This document shows positions 46,738 to 56,738 of a stretch of DNA of 64,000 bases, one piece after another. The stretch is from an uncultured Acidobacteriota bacterium. GTDB lineage: Bacteria > Acidobacteriota > Thermoanaerobaculia > UBA5066 > Gp7-AA6. The notes under the pieces are model-generated. The model made no database searches. It saw nothing but the letters and a program-made list of their open reading frames with translations, and had not been told where the DNA came from. The first letter of the stretch is position 1, and every line of letters starts with the position of its first letter. Where the stretch lies: the NCBI GenBank assembly GCA_963742245.1, contig CAVULG010000009.1, positions 84,169 through 148,168 on the forward strand, given 5' to 3'. Both the position numbers and the translations under genes were made by a program.

Positions 46738-47898
46738 ATGACGACCCCGGACGCCGCCCCGCACCGCTCCCACCGGATCCGCCCCGCCTCGCTGGCGGGC
46801 TTCGTGCTCGTCCACCTGGCGGCGCTGGGTGTCTTCGCCGTGGGGTTTTCCTGGTGGGGCGTTGCGCTGTGTGTCGCCTCCTACTACCTCCGCATGTTCG
46901 CGATCACGGCGGGCTTCCACCGTTACTTCAGCCACCGCACCTACCGTCTATCCCGCGTCCCGCAGTTCCTGCTCGCGCTGCTCGGACAGACGGCCGCGCA
47001 GAAGGGCGTGCTCTGGTGGGCGTCGAACCACCGCCACCACCACAAATACTCGGACCGGCCCGAGGACATCCACAGCCCGATGCAGAGCGGCTTCTGGTGG
47101 AGTCACATGGGCTGGATCCTCTCGCCGGACCAGGACCGCACGGACTTTTCGCGCATCCCGGATCTCGCGAAGTACCCGGAGCTCGTGTGGCTCGACCGCC
47201 ACAAGTACGTGGCGACCCTCGCCTACGGCGTCGCGTTGTCTCTCGCCTTCGGGCCGGTCGGCCTCTTCTACGGCTACTTCCTGTCGACCGTGCTCCTGTG
47301 GCACGGCACCTTCTCGATCAACAGCGTGATGCACGTCTTCGGCCGCCGCGTCTTCGCGACGACGGACGACTCGCGCAACAGCTTCCTCTTCGCGCTCATC
47401 ACGATGGGCGAGGGCTGGCACAACAACCACCACTACGCCCCCGCCTCGGCCGCCCAGGGATTCCGCTGGTGGGAGGTCGACCCGAGCTATTACCTGCTCT
47501 GGGCCGGCGAGAAGCTCGGCGTCGTCCGGGGACTGCGCCGCCCTCCCCGCCGCTGGCGCGAGGCCGCGCTCGAGGCGGACCGGACGGGACGCGCGTTCTC
47601 CTCGGCGCGCCTCCACGTCGAAGTCCGGACCTTGACGGAGCGCTGGTCGCGCCTGCGCGCCTCCGTGCGCGTCACGGCGCACGACGCGCTGGCCGACCTC
47701 GAGTCGGCGCGGGAACGCGCCGCCGCGCGACTCGAGCATCTCCACGCGGAGGCCGCCGCCGCGGGCGCGCGGGCCGGACGCCGCCTCGAGGACATCCATC
47801 GCGAGATCGAAAGGGCGCGCGCGCATCTCGTCGAGATCCTGCGCCGCCTCGTGGCGACCGCGGAATCGCTCGGCATGCCGGATCCGCAGCCGGGCTAG
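46738..47898 (+). CDS. acyl-CoA/acyl-lipid delta-9-type fatty acid desaturase with ~115-aa C-terminal helical extension
   Basis: Three His boxes are present: HRYFSH, NHRHHHKYSD and HNNHHY. Confidence 0.85.
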   Translation: MTTPDAAPHRSHRIRPASLAGFVLVHLAALGVFAVGFSWWGVALCVASYYLRMFAITAGFHRYFSHRTYRLSRVPQFLLALLGQTAAQKGVLWWASNHRHHHKYSDRPEDIHSPMQSGFWWSHMGWILSPDQDRTDFSRIPDLAKYPELVWLDRHKYVATLAYGVALSLAFGPVGLFYGYFLSTVLLWHGTFSINSVMHVFGRRVFATTDDSRNSFLFALITMGEGWHNNHHYAPASAAQGFRWWEVDPSYYLLWAGEKLGVVRGLRRPPRRWREAALEADRTGRAFSSARLHVEVRTLTERWSRLRASVRVTAHDALADLESARERAAARLEHLHAEAAAAGARAGRRLEDIHREIERARAHLVEILRRLVATAESLGMPDPQPG

Positions 47899-47917
47899 AA
47901 GCTCGAAGCCCGACGTC

Positions 47918-48424
47918 GTGAGGGAGCTCTTCCGGCGGCGGATCGCCGGGCCGATTCGTCAGCAGCTCACGCAGGGCCTCTCTCCGGACACACTCGCGCT
48001 GACGATCGGGGTCGGTCTCGCGATCGCCGTCATCCCGATCGTCGGCGTCACGACGATCCTCTCGTTCCTCGCGGCCTGGGCGCTGCGCCTGAACCAGCCC
48101 GTCATCCAGGCGATCAACTGGACGAGTGCTCCGCTCCAGATCCTCATGATCTTTCCCTTCATCCGGCTGGGCGAGCGGCTCTTCTCCGCGCCGAGGCTCA
48201 CGCTCTCGCTCGACGAGCTCGTCGCGGCCGGGAAGGCCGACCCCGTCGGCACGATCGGGCGCCTCGGATCGACGGCCGCGCACGCGGTCGTGGCGTGGGC
48301 GCTCGTCGTGCCGCTCATCGTCGGGGGCGTCTACGTCGCGGCCCGCCCGGCGCTGCGCGCCCTCGCGCGCCGGTCCCGGCCCGCGTCCGCCGTGAGCGAT
48401 CCGACGCCGCCTGCGGTAACGTAG
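47918..48424 (+). CDS. DUF2062-domain membrane protein
   Basis: GTG start. 168 aa. LTQGLSPDTLALTIGVGLAIAVIPIVG matches the DUF2062 N-terminal pattern. Confidence 0.65.
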   Translation: MRELFRRRIAGPIRQQLTQGLSPDTLALTIGVGLAIAVIPIVGVTTILSFLAAWALRLNQPVIQAINWTSAPLQILMIFPFIRLGERLFSAPRLTLSLDELVAAGKADPVGTIGRLGSTAAHAVVAWALVVPLIVGGVYVAARPALRALARRSRPASAVSDPTPPAVT

Positions 48425-48429
48425 ACGCA

Positions 48430-49341
48430 GTGGAGCTTCCCAGCCCGCTCGAACGGGCGCCGGAGAGCCTTTCCGCGGGACGGACGCTGTACTTGAAACG
48501 CGAGGACGCGCACGAGCTCGGCGCGTTCAAGTGGCGAGGCGCTCTGCCGACCATCGAAGGCTACAAGGCCAACGGCGCGGCCGCCGTCGTGACCGCGTCG
48601 ACCGGCAATCACGGCGCCGCGGTCGCCTGGGCGTGCCGACGTCTGGGAATGCGCGCCATGGTCTACGCCCCCGCCGGCGCGTCGCTTTCCAAGCTCGCGC
48701 TCATCCACTCGCTCGGCGCCGAGATCCGCCTGATCGGCACCGACCTCGACTTCGCCAAGGACGAGGGCAAGCGCTTCGCCGAGGAAGCGCGCGTGCCTTT
48801 CTTCGAAGACGGCGTGGAGGCGGCGCAGTACGAAGGCTACGGCGCAATCGCCGCCGAGATCCTCGACCAGCTCGAGGCGCCGCCCGCGGCGGTCGTGGTG
48901 CCGGTGGGCAACGGGGCGCTCATCGGAGGGATGGGCCGCGTCCTGAAGGCGCGCGCGCCCGAGACCGTGCTCGCGGGAGTGGCTGCGAAGGAGGCTCCGG
49001 TCATGGGCCTTTCGTTCGAGGCGCGGCACGCCGTCCCCTGCGACCGGATGGCGACCTTCGCCGACGGCCTCGCCGTGCGCGTCGCGATCCCGGAGGCCGT
49101 CGTGCGCGTCAACGACGTCGTCGATCGCATGCTGCTCGTCTCCGAGCGCGCGATGGCCGAGGCGGTCGGCGCGTACGAGCGCGCGGGCATCCGCGCGGAG
49201 GGCGCCGCGGCCGCGGCCCTCGCGGGTCTGCCGCAGCTCTCCGACGTGACGGGTCCGATCGTCCTCGTCGTCACGGGACGCAACATCGACGAGCCGCTGC
49301 GGCGCCGGGCGATCGACGATCCGGAGTCGTTTCCGGAGTAG
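48430..49341 (+). CDS. PLP-dependent threonine/serine dehydratase-family enzyme
   Basis: GTG 48430 lies inside ORF 48295..49341. LKREDAHELGAFKWRGA (PLP Lys), STGNHG, and a Gly-rich PVGNGALIGG loop. Confidence 0.75.
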   Translation: MELPSPLERAPESLSAGRTLYLKREDAHELGAFKWRGALPTIEGYKANGAAAVVTASTGNHGAAVAWACRRLGMRAMVYAPAGASLSKLALIHSLGAEIRLIGTDLDFAKDEGKRFAEEARVPFFEDGVEAAQYEGYGAIAAEILDQLEAPPAAVVVPVGNGALIGGMGRVLKARAPETVLAGVAAKEAPVMGLSFEARHAVPCDRMATFADGLAVRVAIPEAVVRVNDVVDRMLLVSERAMAEAVGAYERAGIRAEGAAAAALAGLPQLSDVTGPIVLVVTGRNIDEPLRRRAIDDPESFPE

Positions 49342-49368
49342 ACGGACCAGCCGCCACGCAGCGCGTCT

Positions 49369-49508
49369 GGCCGACGCATTACCGCCGCGCTTCGCGCGGC
49401 GTTCCCTACTGCCGTGGGTCTGCTTTCGGTGGTCGGGTCAGCGGCGGCCGGCAGTCACCCTCAAGGACGGCCGCCGCGTGCCGACGCAGGGAGACGCCGC
49501 AGGCCCCT
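49369..49508 (-). repeat. ~130-nt GC-rich structured repeat (MITE-like), copy B (inverted relative to A)
   Basis: See copy A. It lies between the convergent stops of the dehydratase-like gene (49341) and the amidase (49507), and it abuts the amidase TAG. Confidence 0.8.
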
Positions 49509-51138
49509 ATGTCGCGAGGTCCGCCGTCGCGAGAAACCGCGGCGGCTTGCGCGCCTGCGTCGCTTGCTCGAACGCGTAGGCGATCCGGAAGAGCGTCGGC
49601 TCGCTGCCGGCGCGTCCGAAGAACGAGAGCCCGACGGGCAGCCCGAAGTGCCACCCGGCCGGAACGGTCACATCCGGGTAGCCCGCGATCGCGGGCAGCG
49701 AGGAGCTGCCTCCGGGACCGTACGAGCCGATCACGAGATCGATGAGGGAGGCCGGTCCCGACGTCGGCGCCACGAGGCAGTCGAGGCGATGCGTCTCCAT
49801 GGTCTTGTCGATGCCCTCGATGCGCGACAGCCGGAGATCGCTCGCGAGCGCGTCGACGTAGGCCTTCTCCGAGAGCGGCCCCTTCGCCTGCGCCTTCTCG
49901 AAGATCTCCTGGCCGAAGTACGGCATCTCGCGGGCGCGGTTCTTCTGGTTGAAGACGATCAGGTCCGCGAGCGTGCGGTACGGCGTGCGTGCGCCGAGGC
50001 CCGCGAGGTAAGCGTTCAGGTCCGCCTTGAATTCGTACAGCAGCACGTCGAACTCGAACTCGTCCGTCTCCCCCACGGTCGCGATGTCGGCCGGATCGAC
50101 GATGATCGCGCCCTCGCGCTTCATCACCGCGAGGGCCTCCTCGGCGATGGCGTCGGCTGCCGGATTCTGGCCGTACAGCTTCTTGCGGGGCACCCCGATG
50201 CGCGCGCCTCGCAGGCCCTTCGCGTCCAGAAACGTCGTGTAGTCGAGCGGGGCCTTGCCCGCGAGCTCGCGCGTCGCCGGGTCCGCCGGGTCGTAGCCGC
50301 AGAGCACCGTCAGGAGGGCCGCCGCATCCGCCACGGTGCGCGTCATCGGGCCCGCGGTGTCCTGCGAGTGGGCGATCGGGATGATCCCGGTGCGCGACAC
50401 CAGGCCGAGCGTGGGCTTGAAGCCGACGAGCGCGCAGTTGTTCGCCGGCGACACGATCGAGCCGTCGGTCTCGGTCCCCACGGTCAGGGCCGCGAGGCTC
50501 GCGGCCGCGGCGGCGCCGGAGCCCGAGCTCGAGCCCGAGGGATCGCGGTCGAGTACGTACGGGTTGCGGCACTGTCCGCCGCGTCCGCTCCAGCCGCTCT
50601 GCGAGTGAGTCGAGCGGAAGTTCGCCCATTCGGAGAGGTTCGTCTTCCCGAGGATCACCGCGCCCGCGTCGCGCAGCCTCTTGACGATCGGCGCGTCGGC
50701 GGCCGGGATCGCGCCCACGAGGGCGAGCGAGCCCGCCGTCGTCTGCATGCGATCCGCCGTCCCGATGTTGTCCTTGAGCAGCACCGGGATGCCGTGGAGC
50801 GGGCCCCGGACCCGCCCGGCCTTGCGCTCCGCGTCGAGACCGTCGGCGATCGCGAGCGCGTCCGGGTTGATTTCGAGCACGCAGCGCAGCTCCGGCCCCC
50901 GCTTGTCGAGGGCCTCGATCCGCGCGATGTACCTCTCGGCGAGGGTGCGCGCGGAATCTTCTCCGGAGCCCATGCGCTTCTGAAGGTCGACGACCGTCAG
51001 CTCGTCGAGCTCGAAGGCGGGCGGGGCGAGCGGCGAGGAAACCGCCGGCGTCGAAGTCGAGGCGGGGGTCGGGCGCGAGAGGCCGAGCGCGGCGCCGCCG
51101 AGGACTCCGCTCTTCAGCAGCGAACGGCGATCGATCAT
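49507..51138 (-). CDS. amidase (amidase-signature family), Tat/Sec-exported
   Basis: ATG 51138 follows GGGAGG and lies inside ORF 49507..52344. N-terminal DRRSLLKSG signal. The GGSSSGSGAA signature and the Ser-cisSer-Lys context are present. Confidence 0.85.
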   Translation of the reverse strand: MIDRRSLLKSGVLGGAALGLSRPTPASTSTPAVSSPLAPPAFELDELTVVDLQKRMGSGEDSARTLAERYIARIEALDKRGPELRCVLEINPDALAIADGLDAERKAGRVRGPLHGIPVLLKDNIGTADRMQTTAGSLALVGAIPAADAPIVKRLRDAGAVILGKTNLSEWANFRSTHSQSGWSGRGGQCRNPYVLDRDPSGSSSGSGAAAAASLAALTVGTETDGSIVSPANNCALVGFKPTLGLVSRTGIIPIAHSQDTAGPMTRTVADAAALLTVLCGYDPADPATRELAGKAPLDYTTFLDAKGLRGARIGVPRKKLYGQNPAADAIAEEALAVMKREGAIIVDPADIATVGETDEFEFDVLLYEFKADLNAYLAGLGARTPYRTLADLIVFNQKNRAREMPYFGQEIFEKAQAKGPLSEKAYVDALASDLRLSRIEGIDKTMETHRLDCLVAPTSGPASLIDLVIGSYGPGGSSSLPAIAGYPDVTVPAGWHFGLPVGLSFFGRAGSEPTLFRIAYAFEQATQARKPPRFLATADLAT

Positions 51139-51207
51139 GGTGTCCTCCCCAAAGGCGCCGCGAGAGATATCACGGGAGGCCGAAGCGGGCGATAGGATCT
51201 GACGCGC

Positions 51208-53596
51208 GTGACCGATCGACGCGCGCTCCTCCTCTTCGCCGCGCTTGCGATTCTCACGGCGTTTTATCCCGCGTTCTTCGGCGAGCTCCCGGTGCCTGCC
51301 GGCGGCGCCCGCCTCATCGTCCCCGGAGGCTCGCCGCCCGAAGACCGCAACGACGAGCTCGGCGACGTGCCGACGCAGTTTCTTCCCTGGACGACGGCCG
51401 TCGCCGACGCCTACCGCGCCGGACGGCTGCCGCTGCGTTTCGCGGCCAACGGCTGCGGCACGCCTCTCTGGGCCGATCCCCAGGCGCAGGCCGTCACGCC
51501 GACCACGCTCTTCGCGGTCCTCTTTGGCCCCGCCTGGGGCTTCGGCGCGGCGGCGGCCTTCAAGCTGTTCCTGGCCTCCGCCGGCGCGTACCTCTTCGCC
51601 CGGGCGCGTGCGCTCTCGTTCTCCGCGAGCGCCTGGACCGGGGTCGCGTTCGGCTTTGCCCTGCAGATGACGGCGTGGATGCACTTCCCGCACACGTGGC
51701 CGGTCGCCCTCCTGCCGTTCGCGCTGCTCGCGCTCGAACGCCTCGCGGCCGGGCGGCGCGGGGGGTTCGCCGCGACGACCGCGATCGTCGCCCTGCTCCT
51801 CTGCGGCGGCTATCCGGAGGGCGAGTTCTTCGTGGCGCTCTGCGGCTGCGCCTGGTTCGCCGCACTCCTGCTGTCGCAGCGGGAGCCGGTGCGGCTGCGT
51901 CTGCGGCGCCTCGGCCTCGCGGCCGCCGCGTCGCTGCTCGGGCTCGGGCTCACCGCCGCGTACACGCTGCCGGCCACGCTCGCGATCGCGCGCGGCGAGC
52001 GCTCGGTGCAGGTCGCGCGGTGGGCGCGCGGGTTCGATCCGACGCTGTCCGCCCGCGACTTCGTGCGTCCGCCGATCTACTGGGACGTCATGCGCTTCTG
52101 GGTGGTGCCGGAGGCCCAGGGCAATCCCCGCGACGAGGACAAGTTCGGTCCCTACTCTTTCGCCGGACGCGCGAGCGGCTACGCCGGCGTCCTGGTCCTC
52201 GCCTTCGCTCTGGCCACGTTCTTCTGGCGGCGCGCGCCGCGCACGGTGCGCCTCGCCCGCGCGGGCGCCGTGCTCGCGGCCCTGTATCTCCTCTGGTATC
52301 CGCCGCTCGTCTACTTCCTGCAGGCCACACCCGGGATCTCGCACCTGGCGACGCGGCTGACCTCCAACCGTGCCAACGCAATCCTCGTCCTGCTCTTAGC
52401 GCTCCTCGCCGGCTTCCAGCTCGACCGGATCCGCGCGGCGGGCCGCACGGCCGCCACGCCGGTCGCGCTCGCGATCCTCCTCGCCGCGACGGCCCTGGTG
52501 TTCCGTGAGCACGCGCTCGCGCCGGAACGACTTCCGTGGACCGCCTGGCGGTCCGTCCGGTTCGTTCTGCCGGCCGTGCTGCTGCTCGCGGCCTTCGTGC
52601 TCGTGATCATGCTCCGGGCGGGTCGCACGACGCCCCGGCATCTGCGCGTTCTCGCGGTCTTCCTCGTCGGCGCCACGGCCCTCGACCTGATGCGGATCGG
52701 CGCGCGCTTCAATCCGGGAACGCGGCGCGCGGATTATTTTCCCGTCACGCCGCAGGTCCGCGCGCTGCAGGAGACCGCGCGCGGCGGCCGCTTCGCCGAC
52801 GCCGGGCTGTCCCTCACCGGTATGGCCGCGATGTACGGCCTCGAGGATCTGCGCGTGCACGACCCGCTCGGGCCCGCGGATTACCAGGACGTGCTCGCGG
52901 CGGCCGCGGGCTACACGGGGCCGGGCGAGTACAGCGCCCGCGTCACGAACCTCGAGGCGCCGATCCTCGCGTTCCTCAACACGCGCGCGCTCGTGGGCCC
53001 CGGACGAACCGGTCCGCCCCCGCATCGGCCCCGCGCCCGAGGCGATCCTCCCCGACACCCTCGCGGGATGGCCCGACTCCGGCGCCCTCTGCGCGCCCTG
53101 GCTGCAGAGACGGATTTTCTGCGCCGCGCCCACGTCGTCGGCGAAAGCGAAGCGTTCTCCGGAGCGGCGCGGATCGTCTCTCACGCTCAGCCGCGGCCCG
53201 AGGAGATTCGCGTGCGCATCGAGACGGACGGCGCCGCGCGTCCTCGTCGTCCCCGTCACGACCGACGGCGGCTGGACGGCGCAGGCTGAGGGCGACGGCA
53301 AGCCGCTCGAGACCCTCACGGCCAACGGAGCGTTTCTCGCTGTGCGCGTGCCGGCGGGCGCGACCGAGATCGTCTGCCGCTACACGCCGCCGGGATTGCG
53401 GGCGGGGCTTCTCGTCTCCGCCGGGTCCGCGCTCATCCTGGCGCTCCTCGCGTGGCGCCGGCTCAGAAGAGGTGGGCGATCGAGCTCGCGTAGTAACGAA
53501 GCAGGGGAATCTCCTCGGGGCGGGCCCGAAAAAGACCTTCCCCGTCGGCCGAATCGACCAGCCGGCGCAGCGTCAGCATCCGCAGGCCCACCGTGA
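51208..53596 (+). pseudogene. YfhO-like membrane glycosyltransferase-family protein, C-terminal region frameshifted (3 changes)
   Basis: Many TM helices up to about 52980. The conserved C-terminus (VLVVPVTTDGGWTAQAEGDG...VRVPAGATEIVCRYTPPGLRAGLLVSAGSALILALLAW) is in the frame of ORF 53342..53596. Frame switches occur near 52985, 53090 and 53239. The true stop is uncertain. Confidence 0.65.
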
Positions 53597-54900
53597 TCGC
53601 GTAGTCCTGGTCGCCCCGCGGCACGTAGACGTGCGCGCCGCGGCCCTCGAGCTCGTCCGATCAGGCGCAGGACCTCGCCCTTGAGCTCGAGCTCGCTGAA
53701 GCTGCGCTCCGGCGCTCGGACGAACACGGTCGCGACGAGCGACACCGGCACGACCGGGATCACCTTGGCGATCTCCGCCATGAGCTCGCGCGCGAGATCC
53801 TGCAGGCGCCCCGAGCGTTCCTCGGACGAGAGCTGGCGGAAGTCGAATTGGTGTCGGGCCAGATGGCGCCGCAGCGAGAAAGGCGAGCCGAAGTTGACGC
53901 ACGCGTAGCCGAAGCGGTGCCAGCGGCTGCGCGCGCGCAGCCATGCGTTGCGCGCGACGAAACGCGCCGTCGTGCCGGCCGCAGAACCGCCGCTGCGCGG
54001 CGCCGACTGCGGGTCGAGCTCCTGGAGGAATGAGCGATCCTCGAAGGTGCGGTCGTAGTTGATTCCCACGGGCACGAAGACGAGGTCCCGCTCGCCCGCC
54101 GGATCGAATGCGCGCACCATGTAGTCGAGGATCCCGAGCTTCGGCGGCCGCAGTTTTCCGTCGCGCGAGAGCCCGCCCTCGGGAAAGACCGCCTGCGTCA
54201 CGCCGGCCGCCGTCGCCATCCCGACGTACCGCTCGAGGACCTTCCGGTAGAGCGGATCTTTCGAGTTGCGCCGGACGAAGTACGCGCCCATCGAGCGGAT
54301 GAGCGCCTGAAGCGGCCAGATGCGCGCCCACTCGCCCACGGCGTAGGAGAGCGCGGCCTTCTCCGCCGCGAGGTACGACACCAGGATGTAGTCCATGTTG
54401 CTGCGGTGATTGATGAGGAAGACGACCGTCGACTGCGGCGCGATGGCCGCCAGCCCCGCCTCGTCCTCGTAGCCCAGCCGCACGCGGTACAGCGAGCGCG
54501 CGATGTTGCGGGCGAGCCAGTAGCCGAGGCGGAAATAGACGTAGGCGTTGAAGGCCGGAACGATCTCGCGGGCGTACCGGCCGATCCGCTCCATGACGAC
54601 CTCGCGCGGCATCGCCTTCTCGACGGCCTCGGCCTCCGCGGCCTGCTGCACCTGGGGATCGTAGAGGAGGCGGTCGATCAGGACGTCGCGCCTGGTCAGC
54701 TCGAACGGGGCAATGCGAATCTTGAGCCGGGTATTGATTTCCTCGAGGACGCGATTGACCCGCCGCCGCAGCACCCAGCGCACGCTCGGAAGGAGCAGCC
54801 GGTCGAGCACCGCCCACGCCGCGAGCAGGCCGACGACCACCGCGAGCCAGACGGGAAGAGAGACCACGTCGGTCGTAGAGGACTCCGTTGCGCGGAGCAT
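53463..54900 (-). CDS. PlsB/PlsC-type glycerolipid acyltransferase with N-terminal TM, single frameshift near the 3' end
   Basis: ATG 54900 (MLRATESS). NHRSNMDY (HxxxxD) and FPEGGLSRDG motifs. One extra base near 53660 (CTGATCGGACGAG). The restored tail ...DELEGRGAHVYVPRGDQDYAITVGLRML...YYASSIAHLF ends at TGA 53463. Confidence 0.75.
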
Positions 54901-54909
54901 ACTGCCCTC

Positions 54910-55569
54910 ATGCCGCGTCACGTCTTCGTCGCCGGCGGGACGGGTTATCTCGGTCGCGCCGTGATTCCGCTCCTCGCCGGGCGCGGTCACACCGTCCGCG
55001 CGCTCGTCCGGCCCGGCTCGGAGCGCAAGCTCCCCGCGGGATGCGCGCCGGTGCCCGGAGACGCGCTCGACGCCGCCTCGTTCACGGACCGCGTCGCTCC
55101 GGCCGACACGTTTCTCCAGCTCGTCGGCGTGCCGCATCCCTCGCCCGCAAAGGCGGCGCTCTTTCGCAGCGTGGACCTCGCGTCGGCGAAGGCCTCGGCG
55201 CAGGCGGCCGCAGCCGCGGGCGTTTCGCACTTCGTCTACGTCAGCGTCGCGCATCCGGCTCCGGTGATGCGCGCCTACTGGGAGGCCCGGGTCGAGGCCG
55301 AGGCGTTCATCGCCGGGCAGGGATTGAAGGCAACGATCCTGCGCCCCTGGTACGTGCTCGGGCCGGGGCACCTCTGGCCGTATGTTCTCCTGCCCGGCTA
55401 CTGGCTCGCCGAACGCCTGCCCGCGACACGCGCCTCCGCGCGGCGGCTCGGGCTCGTCACGCTGCCGCAGATGGCCGCGGCAATCGTCGCGGCGATTGAG
55501 AGCGAAAGCGGGAGCCCGGTCTCCGGCACGCGCATCGTCGAGGTGCCGGAGATCCGGGCCAGCTCGTAG
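54910..55569 (+). CDS. NAD(P)-binding Rossmann protein (NmrA/atypical SDR-like)
   Basis: ATG 54910 lies inside ORF 54406..55569. VFVAGGTGYLG motif. Confidence 0.75.
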   Translation: MPRHVFVAGGTGYLGRAVIPLLAGRGHTVRALVRPGSERKLPAGCAPVPGDALDAASFTDRVAPADTFLQLVGVPHPSPAKAALFRSVDLASAKASAQAAAAAGVSHFVYVSVAHPAPVMRAYWEARVEAEAFIAGQGLKATILRPWYVLGPGHLWPYVLLPGYWLAERLPATRASARRLGLVTLPQMAAAIVAAIESESGSPVSGTRIVEVPEIRASS

Positions 55570-55636
55570 GGGCGGGCCTTGCGCCCGCCCGTCTCAGCGT
55601 CCCGTAGGGGCGGGCCTTGCGCCCGCCGTCTCAGCG
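55566..55636. repeat. tandem direct duplication of a REP-like unit
   Basis: GTAG-GGGCGGGC-CTTGC-GCCCGCC(C)-GTCTCAGCG appears twice (55566-55599 and 55604-55636). The TAG stop of the plus gene and the TGA stop of the minus gene both lie inside the units. Confidence 0.8.
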
Positions 55637-56191
55637 CGGCCAGAGCCAGGCGAACACTCCGGCCGTCAGCAACCCGTACACCGCGCCGTCGATCCCTTCC
55701 TTGATGGTCGACGACCAGCTCCGGCCCCACCACACCGCGCCCGGAACGACACCGGCCGCGTACGCGAGCATCGCGATGCCGCCGGTCAGCCGGAACACGC
55801 CGCGGTACGAGGCGCCCCACGGCATCACGTGCCCGGCCAGGTACGCGACGCACGCGGAAACGGCCAGCAGATAGAGGAACCAGGTCACGAGCTGCTTGCC
55901 CATGCCCATCGGTCCCGGCGGCCAGATGACCATGGTGCCGAGCGGCCCCTCTTCCAGCTTCTTCTTCGTTTCGGGGCTCTTGTCGCGCGGGTCGCAGAAC
56001 GGGAAGCGGTACTGGCCGCGCGTCACCCCCGCCCGCCGCATCGCCTCGAGCAAGCCCGCTTCACCGGGCAGCACCGACCAGTCCGACTTGTGATGGGGCA
56101 GGAGCATCCAGACGATCGAGCTCGCGATGTAGACCACCACTCCCGAAACCAGGATGGGAAGCCACAGGCTGGCGACCGAAACCATACCCAC
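55631..56191 (-). CDS. membrane protein, unknown function
   Basis: 186 aa with 4 predicted TM helices. No recognisable motif. Confidence 0.5.
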   Translation of the reverse strand: MGMVSVASLWLPILVSGVVVYIASSIVWMLLPHHKSDWSVLPGEAGLLEAMRRAGVTRGQYRFPFCDPRDKSPETKKKLEEGPLGTMVIWPPGPMGMGKQLVTWFLYLLAVSACVAYLAGHVMPWGASYRGVFRLTGGIAMLAYAAGVVPGAVWWGRSWSSTIKEGIDGAVYGLLTAGVFAWLWPR

Positions 56192-56225
56192 CTCCTGCGA
56201 AATTGAGGCGCATTATCCTCCCCGC

Positions 56226-56678
56226 ATGGAATGGACGCGCGGGACATTCACGATTTCGACGGATCCGGCCCGCCTGGACCGCGAGCTCATCCATGGCTTC
56301 CTCGCCGGCTCCTACTGGGCCCGGGGCATTTCCCGCGAGATCGTGGACCGCTCGATCGACGGCGCGCTCTGCTTCGGGCTGTACGAGGGCCCCGGCTCCG
56401 AGCAGATCGGCTTTGCCCGCGTCATCACCGACCGCGCGACCTTCGCCTATCTCGCTGACGTCTTCGTGCTCGAGTCCCACCGGGGCCGCGGGCTCGCCGT
56501 CTGGCTCATGGAGGTCATCCGCGCGCACCCCGACCTCCAGGGCCTGCGCCGGTGGATCCTCATGACCCGCGACGCGCAGGGCCTGTACCGCAAGTTCGGG
56601 TTCAACGAGATCGAGGACCCGGCGCGCTGCATGGAGGTCGTCGACCGCGACGTGTACCTGCGTCCTCGGAGCGGTTAG
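56226..56678 (+). CDS. GNAT-family N-acetyltransferase
   Basis: ATG 56226 lies inside ORF 56154..56678. The acetyl-CoA loop HRGRGLAVWLM and a C-terminal YRKFGF. Confidence 0.8.
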   Translation: MEWTRGTFTISTDPARLDRELIHGFLAGSYWARGISREIVDRSIDGALCFGLYEGPGSEQIGFARVITDRATFAYLADVFVLESHRGRGLAVWLMEVIRAHPDLQGLRRWILMTRDAQGLYRKFGFNEIEDPARCMEVVDRDVYLRPRSG

Positions 56679-56738
56679 ACTTTCCCTGCTGCCTATGATC
56701 GCCTCTCGCTAAGCACGACACGTCGGGTCTCAAAACTT

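Noticed and set aside
49414-51195. 593-aa plus-strand ORF opposite the amidase
   Set aside because: Shadow ORF. The amidase signature is on the minus strand.
53477-53596. About 40 extra codons after the conserved YfhO C-terminus
   Set aside because: The translation is Ser/Arg/Pro-rich and overlaps the restored 3' end of the convergent acyltransferase. It is probably read-through created by the local indels.
55566-55636. Possible mini-CRISPR (two identical ~25-nt palindromic repeats)
   Set aside because: There are only two units, separated by 13 nt of shared sequence. They belong to the dispersed REP-like family, and no cas genes are present.
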